Assembly: GCA_044221725.1 (NCBI GenBank)
Contig: JBGAON010000003.1
Coordinates: 128,001-192,000, forward strand
DNA: 64,000 nt
DNA from: Elusimicrobiota bacterium
GTDB taxonomy: Bacteria; Elusimicrobiota; Elusimicrobia; F11
Direction: 5' to 3'
A program made the position numbers and the translations under genes. Positions 9,801-17,900 of the stretch are shown in pieces (position 1 is the stretch's first letter; every line of letters begins with the position of its first letter). The notes beneath the pieces were generated by a model. The model worked only from the letters and a program-made list of their open reading frames with translations. It was not told where the DNA came from and searched no databases.

Positions 9801-10479
9801 ATCGTTGCGTTGGATGGATTTGCCCGGCGACAATGCGGCGCTTTTGGCGCGTGTTGTGTACGATCTGATTCGATACGAAGACGTTAAATTTGCCGAGCGA
9901 TATATTTTCCTTTTGTGGAATACACATCGTCGCGATCAAAAGAAATTCGGATACAAAGCGACCGAGACTGTGCTCATGGGCCTTTTCCGCGTTATGGCGA
10001 TTAAAGATGAAGTGTGGGTTGCAAAACTTTTAACGTCCGAAGAAAAATATGCACGCGACCGCGAGCGATATAAAATCGACGAATCTGTTGGAGACAAAAT
10101 TTCATACGTTCACCTGAACCGCCCGCAGTTTACCGTGTTTGGCCGCTCGATCGAGTTTGACGTGAAGACCCGCGATTGGATGTTGCGGTGCATGTCCAAA
10201 GCGAAATTCTTGCGAAAACTTTTACCGGCGTGGCACGCCAAAGAAAAAGCGTTTCGTGACTGGTACATTCAACTCGTCAACAAGTTTACGTTCTTCGAAT
10301 CGCAGCAGGATTACGAATTCTACGTCGAAGCACTGAAATGCTTTGAGAAAGTTCGTGGTTATCGCGCTGTGCGCTATCCATTGATGGAAAAGGCTCAATC
10401 CGACGTGAAAGAAGTGCTTGCTCGAATCAATTCTCAAAAGACAACACTGATTCGTGTTCCGGACGTAACGAACACATAA
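6886..10479 (+). CDS. Indolepyruvate:ferredoxin oxidoreductase family, fused alpha/beta chain
   Basis: GYPGSPVSE, FCPGCPHR, GDSTFFHSG TPP motif, TTAMTGHQP, CEYCLEC/CVDDGAC ferredoxin Cys motifs, GVGGMG, GLAIRNGGV, AIKDEVWVA. Confidence 0.88.
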   Translation: MKVDPRFTKTSGVEAYTGNELLVKGALEAGVGLITGYPGSPVSEVFDAISEVSPYLVERGVVAQIANNEALATARLNGARQAGLRAMAVMKSVGLHVGADGLAIGNLMEMRKRDGGAVVVVGDDPWNETTQINSDSRFLSKHLSMPLLEPSTFQEIKDWVNVAFDLSGCSDLYVTYLLTTNQADGGGTVKVHPHPEIPINHLHPATLSSSEIHLADSVLIPPHTSMREATLAERFQRLTKRAREIGVNQWHGPKRVRMPVGFITSGLAYSYLEEVLRLLGLWTRTPVLKLGMTYPVDAEDVFDIANHVEHLVIVEEKRGFLESQVSEILTDLRQTGRLTKPPALWGKKFPNDEPGFPSVRGLNVSVVLEVLGPAFLRWKEYFPTLNVDRIERELAEIVHTRSSSYDVPLRTPTFCPGCPHRDSSTVSLKMKTNFMKFDYMEQKKSKPVDVVFHGESGCHSMLQFAPNEGLMQNYSGMGLGGGTGAGMAPFVTNKQLVFLGDSTFFHSGMIAISDSIKNSQDITYVILENKTTAMTGHQPTPGNEVDVMGAATVSQNIENVLNGLAPQGLKVIRTNPADRDAYQALLESTVLEKGVKVIIADKECAITLYRRKNAEKKNVIKEMGFLPKEEKINITPEVCEYCLECTRQTGCPGLTVEETAYGRKIATDLSTCVDDGACSRTKACPSFEKVVITRQNAPKKKEFSKFDFSDLIEPSIQSFDDRWAAYTAGVGGMGAGIVNAVLVRAGMTEGFDVSFLDKKGLAIRNGGVYGHIVFSKKGPVSSPVIPYGKADLLIGLDLLEAARALDARMNLRVAHPARTHGVINNHKHETVLSLMGRVDFNPQKLEDVIRAKVRLGGYVSADFSSLSEQHIGSKLYANMMILGSAYQKGWIPLSEGRLLAAIKETVRKADIESNNLAFKLGRYFAAHPELLHPEYKRESVTEVIEKNARLLEKDSWLQGPRLARQYRRLMDQSLRWMDLPGDNAALLARVVYDLIRYEDVKFAERYIFLLWNTHRRDQKKFGYKATETVLMGLFRVMAIKDEVWVAKLLTSEEKYARDRERYKIDESVGDKISYVHLNRPQFTVFGRSIEFDVKTRDWMLRCMSKAKFLRKLLPAWHAKEKAFRDWYIQLVNKFTFFESQQDYEFYVEALKCFEKVRGYRAVRYPLMEKAQSDVKEVLARINSQKTTLIRVPDVTNT

Positions 10480-10482
10480 ACT

Positions 10483-10896
10483 GTGTCCCACGCTCCACTA
10501 GCGTTTAAGATCCGCGAAGCCGCCGGTAAAGATGTTGATGCGATTGTTTCGTTAATCAATTCGCCGCACAGCTCTGGAAAAATCTTGAAACGGACACGCA
10601 AAGAAATTCGCAAAGCGCTGCGTAGTTTCTCCGTTGTTGAGAACGATGGCGAGATTATCGCTTGCGGTGCGCTCGAGATTTATAACAAAAAGCTGGCCGA
10701 AGTCCGCTCGCTCGTCGTGGATCCGCGTTTTCAGAAGAAGGGGGTGGCCAGCGCGCTGCTTCGACGTTTGATTGCTCTGGCGGAAAAGAAAGAAATTTAC
10801 GAAGTGCTCGCCATTACCGACCGGGACAACGTATTCACGCGACTCGGTTTTTCCCAGCAGCTACACGGACAGAAAGCCCTTTTTTTACGTCCGTAA
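10483..10896 (+). CDS. GNAT acetyltransferase (short ArgA-like)
   Basis: IIACGALEIYNKKLAEVRSLVV...QKKGVAS acetyl-CoA motif; FTRLGF. Confidence 0.75.
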   Translation: MSHAPLAFKIREAAGKDVDAIVSLINSPHSSGKILKRTRKEIRKALRSFSVVENDGEIIACGALEIYNKKLAEVRSLVVDPRFQKKGVASALLRRLIALAEKKEIYEVLAITDRDNVFTRLGFSQQLHGQKALFLRP

Positions 10897-10947
10897 AAAT
10901 TCATCTTCAACGGGTTTTCGATTTAATGAGCGGGTCTGTGAGACACA

Positions 10948-11484
10948 CTACGTTAGTGACCAAGCGCGATACGCGAGCAAACCGATAAGCGTTTTCGCAT
11001 CACGTATTTTCCCTGCATCAATCGCCCGATAAATCTTCTTCAGCGGCCAAACTTCGCTGCGCAAAAATTCGTCCGCATCCAAATTGACCTTTCCCGGTTT
11101 AAGTTTATCCGCGACATAGATGTGGAGAGTTTCGTTCGCAAATGTGGCCGTCGGCCAGAACGACAGCAGCTTTCTTACGCGGCCCGCTTTGTACCCGGTT
11201 TCTTCTTCGAGTTCGCGGTGCACGCATGTAAGTGGCGCTTCGCCTTTGTCCAACTTCCCGGCCGGGATTTCTATCGTCACTTGATTGACGGGATAACGGA
11301 ATTGGCGCACCAATAAAACTTTTCCCGGCGCCACGATCGGAATAACGGCGACGGCCCCAGGATGATTTATATATTCACGCGTCGCGTGTTGGCCGTTCGG
11401 TAACTTTATTTCGTCGACGCGAAAGCCAATCGCTTTTCCTTTGAAATCGTGCTGCCGTCGGACAAAAGTTTCGTTCAGTTTCAT
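10948..11484 (-). CDS. nudF: NUDIX hydrolase (ADP-ribose pyrophosphatase)
   Basis: REYINHPGAV, RQFRYP, Nudix box GKLDKGEAPLTCVHRELEEETG, DADEFL, DAKT. Confidence 0.88.
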   Translation of the reverse strand: MKLNETFVRRQHDFKGKAIGFRVDEIKLPNGQHATREYINHPGAVAVIPIVAPGKVLLVRQFRYPVNQVTIEIPAGKLDKGEAPLTCVHRELEEETGYKAGRVRKLLSFWPTATFANETLHIYVADKLKPGKVNLDADEFLRSEVWPLKKIYRAIDAGKIRDAKTLIGLLAYRAWSLT

Positions 11485-11524
11485 GGTCCGGCAGTGTTAC
11501 CATTTTTAAGTACAATCGGCGCTC

Positions 11525-12403
11525 ATGAAAGTCGCCGACATTCTTAAGCACGGCCCACCGGTTGTTTCCTTTGAGTTCTTCCCTCCGAAAACCGATGACG
11601 GCCTAGAGAATCTTCTCGAGACGATTGCAACGCTAAAAGCGTTGTCACCCTCCTTTGTATCCATGACCTACGGCGCCGGCGGCAGCACGCGCGCAAAGAC
11701 CGTGGACCTTGTAACGAAAATAAAAAACGATATCGGAATCGAAGCGGTGGCGCACCTCACGTGCGTTGGCCACAGTCAAAAAGAGTTAAAAGAAATATTA
11801 ACCGAACTGGCCGAGCGAAAAATCGATAATGTATTGGCGTTGCGCGGCGATCCTCCGAAAGGTCAGGCGACTTTTGTGCCCGCACGTGACGGTTTTGAGC
11901 ACGCGGCGCAGTTGGTCCGGTTTATTCGGTCGAATTTTCCTTTTGGTGTCGGGGTTGCGGGTTATCCCGAAAAGCATCCCGAGGCCGAGTCAATGGAGTC
12001 GGATTTGAACCATCTTCAACAAAAGGTGGCCGCCGGAGGAGATTTTGTTGTTACCCAGCTGTTCTTCAACAACCATGAATACTTCTCTTTCGTGTCGGAT
12101 TTGCGGCGTCGCAATGTGAACGTGCCCGTGATAGCGGGAATCATGCCAATCACTGATTTTGATCAGATCAAACGGTTCGCGTCCATGTGTGGCGCGCGAA
12201 TCCCCGATGCGCTGCGGAAGAAACTCGAAGAAGCCGACGGCAACAAGTCAAAGGTCGAGCAAATCGGCATTGAGTTCGCTGTCGCGCAATGCGAAGAATT
12301 GATCCGAAAAGGAGCGCCTGGCTTGCATTTCTATACGCTTAACAAGTCGCGGGCGACGCTCGAAATATTTCGGCAGCTAAAAAGCAAAAAGGTTGTGCCA
12401 TGA
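11525..12403 (+). CDS. metF: 5,10-methylenetetrahydrofolate reductase
   Basis: SFEFFPPK, TYGAGGST, HLTC, LALRGD, AGYPEKHP, TQLFF, HFYTLN. Confidence 0.96.
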   Translation: MKVADILKHGPPVVSFEFFPPKTDDGLENLLETIATLKALSPSFVSMTYGAGGSTRAKTVDLVTKIKNDIGIEAVAHLTCVGHSQKELKEILTELAERKIDNVLALRGDPPKGQATFVPARDGFEHAAQLVRFIRSNFPFGVGVAGYPEKHPEAESMESDLNHLQQKVAAGGDFVVTQLFFNNHEYFSFVSDLRRRNVNVPVIAGIMPITDFDQIKRFASMCGARIPDALRKKLEEADGNKSKVEQIGIEFAVAQCEELIRKGAPGLHFYTLNKSRATLEIFRQLKSKKVVP

Positions 12404-13074
12404 GGTTTCTGTTGGCTTTGGTGTTTGTTGGTTTGTCGGGCTGCGTCTCGATCGCTACGCATGAGCAGGCAATGAAAAAATGCCGCGATCAAGAAGAGGC
12501 GTTGAGTCAGTTGCGCGTACACGCGACCGATTTGGAGACAAAAAATACCGACCTCAACAAAGCGCTGTACGACAGCCAAACCGAGCACGCGCGGTTGCAG
12601 GGAGAAATGTCGGATGTTCGGAACACATACGACGAATTGGTCAAGCAATTGAAAGACAATATTGCGAATGGGGAAATAAGTGTGCGACAAACCGACAAAG
12701 GGCTCACGGTCGCGATGGGCAACGAAATCCTGTTCGCATCGGGCCAAGCGGAACTTCAGCAACGGGGAAAGAAAGTTTTGATGCAGGTTGCTTCGATTAT
12801 TAATAAACAAACGGATCGGCTGGTCCAAGTTGAAGGGCATACCGACAATATTCGGATTGCGGGTGGGTTGAAAAAGAAATTTCCGTCCAATTGGGATCTC
12901 TCTTCCGCGCGGGCAGCGTCAGTTGTCCGATTTCTGCAGGAAAAAGGATTGATAGATTCGTCACGTTTAATTTTGATGGCGTTCGCTGAGAATCATCCGA
13001 TTGCTGACAACAATACGCCCGAGGGACGGCAACAGAACCGACGCGTCGAAATTACGTTGATTTCCCAGCCCTGA
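12400..13074 (+). CDS. OmpA/MotB-domain lipoprotein with coiled coil
   Basis: Lipobox LSGC; coiled coil; LFASGQA, VEGHTDN, NWDLSSARA, NRRVEI. Confidence 0.85.
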   Translation: MRFLLALVFVGLSGCVSIATHEQAMKKCRDQEEALSQLRVHATDLETKNTDLNKALYDSQTEHARLQGEMSDVRNTYDELVKQLKDNIANGEISVRQTDKGLTVAMGNEILFASGQAELQQRGKKVLMQVASIINKQTDRLVQVEGHTDNIRIAGGLKKKFPSNWDLSSARAASVVRFLQEKGLIDSSRLILMAFAENHPIADNNTPEGRQQNRRVEITLISQP

Positions 13075-13084
13075 AAGGAAGTGT

Positions 13085-13369
13085 ATGCCGGCGCTTAAGA
13101 TTCCCAAGAAGATCAAAAAGGCCACGACCGGTTCCGGTTCCGGATTCGAGGCGCGAACCATTCTTTTCAACGACAATTTCCATACGTTTGATGAGGTGGC
13201 CTATCAACTGGTGAAAGCGATTCGATGTAGTTATTCGAAAGGAATGGCACTCGCGAACGTGGTGCACAATCTCGGGAGTGCAATTGTTTATACCGGACAT
13301 CCGGAACGTTGCGAAGCGGTAGCGATGGTGCTTGAAGAAATTAAGCTGCGAACAATGGTTGAGCGGTAG
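13085..13369 (+). CDS. clpS: Clp protease adaptor ClpS (short type)
   Basis: ILFNDNFHTFDEV...VHNLGSAIV; AGGA SD. Confidence 0.8.
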   Translation: MPALKIPKKIKKATTGSGSGFEARTILFNDNFHTFDEVAYQLVKAIRCSYSKGMALANVVHNLGSAIVYTGHPERCEAVAMVLEEIKLRTMVER

Positions 13370-13766
13370 GTTTGCGTGCGTTTAATTCGCCAACGGTGCG
13401 CGTGAGCGGATCCATCGCGGAGACGGTGGTGTCTCGTTCGATCAACATGGCGTCCACGAATGGTTTAAGCTGTTCGGCCCGTAGCGGAGGATTGAGCGGT
13501 TTTAGGCTGTTCAATAATTCCGAGGTCGCGTACATATAGTCCTTGAGCGCCAACAGAATTTTCGATTCCAGAGACGAGAGTTCAATTTTTGTGCTCTCCA
13601 ATACGCGCGTATCCGAAAATTTTCTTTCCGCTTGGATTTTCTGAGCCCACATTCTCATCTCGGCACCAATTTCCCGCGCTTTGCGAACCAGATCGTAAGC
13701 CAGGAACAACGCTTCCTGTTCGCGCTCTTCTGTTTGAGAAATGGCGTATCCAAATTGCGTTTTCAT
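13341..13766 (-). CDS. Hypothetical alpha-helical protein
   Basis: 141-aa ORF filling the gap; 3' overlap with clpS; no recognisable motif. Confidence 0.55.
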   Translation of the reverse strand: MKTQFGYAISQTEEREQEALFLAYDLVRKAREIGAEMRMWAQKIQAERKFSDTRVLESTKIELSSLESKILLALKDYMYATSELLNSLKPLNPPLRAEQLKPFVDAMLIERDTTVSAMDPLTRTVGELNARKPTAQPLFAA

Positions 13767-13908
13767 ACGTCAACCTTGTGTGCAACGGTTGCGCCAAAGG
13801 ATCGTCTGTGAAAAATTGGTGAAATCGGGTTCACTCCGAAAATTCAATGCATTCTGAAACAAAAATCATTGGAAAATTGAAACCGCGGCTGTTACCCTCT
13901 TCCTAAGT

Positions 13909-14841
13909 ATGAAGCGCAAGTACGACTACAGTGTTTCGTGGTGGTGGGCCGGAATGGTCTTCTTCCTTTTCGGCTTTTATTTTTTTGCAAGACCCACCAA
14001 AGCGGTTGTTTCTTCGCCGCTTCCCTCTCCGACCGATGTCCGTTGGAACGCCATGGTGAAAAATATCGAAGAGATGGTTCAGGGATACAATGGCGACGTC
14101 GGAATCTATATTAAGAATCTAAAGAATGGCCGGACCTACGAATACCACACGGAGCACAGCTTTGTGTGCGCAAGCCTCATTAAGTTGCCGATTATGGCAG
14201 CTACCTTTGAAGCCATTCACGAAGGCCGTATTACACTTAATACACGCATCAGATATCGACGCAACTACCGCCGGGAGGGGTCCGGCGTGCTCAAGTGGGC
14301 GCGTCCGGGAGCGTATTATCCGCTTTCCTATTTGATTTATCAGATGATCACGAAGTCCGACAACACGGCCACCGCCATGATTATTGATTTGCTTGGCTAT
14401 GACTATCTAAACGAGAAGTTCGCAAAAATGGGTTTGCAGGCGACACGCATCGCTCCCACCGGAATGAGTTTGGCGTCTCGATTGTCCAATCCAGCGCTCG
14501 ATAATTACACAACGCCGGTCGAAATGGCGTCGATTCTTGAGAAGATTTACAAGCACCAAATGGTAAGCGACGGATTAAGCGATCTAATGCTCGAAATTAT
14601 GAAAGGGGCAAATTCGCGAACTCGATTGTCCAAAAACCTGCCGCAGGATTGGCAATTTGCTCGGAAAACCGGCCTCTTGCGTAAGAATTGTCACGATGTT
14701 GGAATCGTTTTCTCGCCAGAAGGCGATTACATTCTTTGCGTGCTCACCAACGGCCGAACCGAAAACTATAAAGTCGCAAAAGGCCTGATCTCATCGGTCG
14801 GCAAGCAAGCTTACGAATACATCGATCAATCTTCGATCTAA
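13909..14841 (+). CDS. Class A beta-lactamase-like serine hydrolase (PBP-like) with N-terminal membrane anchor
   Basis: SxxK (SLIK), SDN and KTG motifs; NYTTP. Confidence 0.85.
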   Translation: MKRKYDYSVSWWWAGMVFFLFGFYFFARPTKAVVSSPLPSPTDVRWNAMVKNIEEMVQGYNGDVGIYIKNLKNGRTYEYHTEHSFVCASLIKLPIMAATFEAIHEGRITLNTRIRYRRNYRREGSGVLKWARPGAYYPLSYLIYQMITKSDNTATAMIIDLLGYDYLNEKFAKMGLQATRIAPTGMSLASRLSNPALDNYTTPVEMASILEKIYKHQMVSDGLSDLMLEIMKGANSRTRLSKNLPQDWQFARKTGLLRKNCHDVGIVFSPEGDYILCVLTNGRTENYKVAKGLISSVGKQAYEYIDQSSI

Positions 14842-14985
14842 AACGCCCGCCTCTCGCATTCCCATGCATTTTCCGACGGTAATCACGCTCAGTTCAAGTG
14901 TTTACCGATTCTTCTCCGCTATTTAAGGCGATTTTAATCTCCGCTCAGTACCATAGAAGAAATTTAACTGAGGGGATTCTATTCT

Positions 14986-17900
14986 ATGGGACTGCGCAAG
15001 CCGTTGGTAGCTGTCTTGGCGCTTTTTTATTTGGTCGAGAACGTTGCCTTGGCGACGGCCAGTGAGTCCAATCTCTGGTCGGAACGCCGCAAATCGCTTC
15101 AAATAGCACAACTTCCTTTCCTGCCGGCAAACGCCGCGTTGCCCGATTCCAAAACGTTGTTGTCGACATTTCCGGAAATGCATCAAACGCTGCGGGCGTC
15201 CGTGGCCCACGGAACTCCGGATTGGGTGCAGGATGCAATTGCGGGGCACGCCACGGTTAATGAAACTTTTCTGTCGCAATCTCCGAACGCTCCGACGATC
15301 TTTGTTGTACAAGACGTTCATTTGCACACGGAAGCTCAGAGAAATATTGCCGCCGTGGTCGACGCGCTGACGAACGCAGTCGCAAAAAAAGGGACGCGGA
15401 TGACTGTGGGGCTCGAAGGGGCGCGCAGTGGTCCAATCGATCTCACGTTGTTCGACGTTAACGCTGACGCGGAGCTCGTTAAAAGTATTGCTACCGGTTT
15501 TCTAAATGTTCATGCCATTAGCGGTGTCGAAATGGCGGCTATCTCAACGCCTCGACAATTCAATCTAACCGGCGTTGAAAACATCGCCGATTACAACACC
15601 AACGTTCAAGCGCTGCGCGACAGTGCGCCCAAAAAGAAGACCGCGCTTGCCGCGCTGGATGAGCTAAGCCGAGAACTGACTGGGCTTAAGAAGAAATCAT
15701 TCGACGGCGAACTGCGGCGGTTTGACGAAACGAACGCGGCCTACGAGACCGGAAAGCTCGGTTTGCCCGCGTACGTGATGTATTTGGATTCAATCAGCCC
15801 CGCCACCACGCCGAACGTGCGTGAACTTGTTAATGCGGCGCTCATCGAAAGCTCGCTCAATTTCAAAAAGGTCGAAAACGAACGGAACCGGTTAATTCGT
15901 TCGCTTGTCGCGAATCTGTCGGAGCGGGAAACGAAATTGCTCATTGGGCTTACCGCGCTCTTGCGTTCCGGTGATGTGTCCGTGTCTTCCTATTATGAGC
16001 ATCTGAAAAACTTATCGGCGTCGCACGGTTTACCGCTGTCGCAGTTTCCCGAGATGAACCTGTATATCCAATACGTTTTGAAAACAGAGGCCATCCACCA
16101 CACGGCTCTTTTCGAAGAAATCAAACAGCTTGAAGAATTGGTCAGAACCAAGCTTGCTCGAACCGACGGAGAGCGCGACATGTTGGTGATGACGGCCGAT
16201 CAACATTTATTGTTGAAACTAATTGAAAGCTCAATGACCGAAAGCGAATGGCGCGCCTATGAAGAAAGGAAACCAGCGATAGAAAAAACGTCAGCACGGC
16301 TGGCCGGTTTGGGTATCCGCGTTCCTATTTCGGTTAAAGAAATGATCAGCGGGCTTCAGCCCTTCGAACGTTTTTACACCCAGGCGCTTCGCCGCAATGA
16401 CGCGATGGCGAAGAATATCCTAACGACCAGTCCAGACGTGGCTCTTCTTGTCGTGGGAGGTTTTCATACCAATGGCGTTACTTCACGCTTGAAAACTGCC
16501 GGTGCAAACGTTTATGTGTTAACACCCACTTTCACGGAGGGGGACGATGGGCCGTCCTCGTTGGAGTTCTTGGCTTCCGGACGCCTGCCGCTCGATGAAA
16601 TTTTTGTGGGACAAAAACTTTTTCTGCCGACGGCTCCCGTCATCGTGGGTGCTCACGCCGAGGTGATCGCCGCAATTCAAAAAGCCGTGGCTTTGGCCGT
16701 TGAACACCTTATTGCCGACCCTATTAAAGCGAGCTCAGTTCAAACGATAGACGGAGAAAAAGTGAAAGTGGTCCGAGATGGCTCGGGTAGCGCCGGGTTC
16801 TCGGTTACTTACAAAAATCAAAAATATCAGGTCTTGCCTGCGCACGGTAGAGATACAAAAATTTCGTGGAGTTCCATCGCCAACGTTACCGTGCCGCGAC
16901 TCGTCAGCTCGTTATTGGGTTTGGGAGCGGCCGTTTTCTACGTCGGGATGAAAGCGGGGCTGATTCACTATCCGCTTCAAGGTGTTGTGGCAACACTTTT
17001 AACAGCGACGCTTGTGTTTGTCGCCAGCCAGGTTGAAGAAGAAATCCATTACCGCCTACGCAAAGTCGAGTTCGCCCAACAGTTCAGGGAGAAGATGGCG
17101 CAGTTGGAAAATCAGCGAAATTTGGATAGCAAAGCCCTCAGGAAAGCACTCCGGGCGTATGCCGAACGAAATGCGCCTGTTCGGCGGCTTCTGCGCGTTG
17201 ACAATTCGGGCCCTTCCATTCGTGTCTATGCGTTTGGGCAGATCGGATTTTTTGCGGCATTATCGGCGGCCTCCATTGCGTTTGCTGCGTTTACGCCCAA
17301 TTTTTTGCGCTCCATCGGAATCCTTTTGCCGTTCGTGTTCTTATTCAGCTTTGGGAACGAGGAAGCATTGGCCGAGAACGGCTGGATTCGTCGTGGGCTG
17401 CGGATTTTGAGAACCAATGCGAAGGAAGGTTTTGGAGAAGCCGTAGCCGAACGTGCCGAACCGCTGTTCAAGCTCAATGATCCGATGCGTTTGACCAGGG
17501 GCCGGGACGGAAATTTAACTTTCGACACATTTACCACTGATCGCGCTGCGCATATGGCGGCGTTGAAACAAAACAAAGACGTGGAAATTGGGAATTTGAA
17601 AGAGGGGCTGTCCGCGCTGCTTCACGTGGCGTGGCTTGCAGCGAAAGACAAAAAGTTCGCACGCCGTTTTTTCGACAGAATTAAATGGGTCGGCGATAAT
17701 TCGGATTCCTTTGAGAAGGTGATCAAACCAATTTTTAGAAATGCCATCTTCTATGTCGATACCCACGTTGGCGATCTCAATTCGTTGCTTTACCAACATG
17801 CGGGTACCGAATATGAAGATATTGCTTTAAACGTGAGAGCTCCCGTCTATGCTGCTTTTGCGTTCGTAAATCGCCTTAAAGACGATGATTATGTTTCCGA

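Noticed and set aside
14876..14976. Hairpins upstream of the 1611-aa gene as a riboswitch
   Set aside because: Stems are short with large loops, and no known motif is recognisable.
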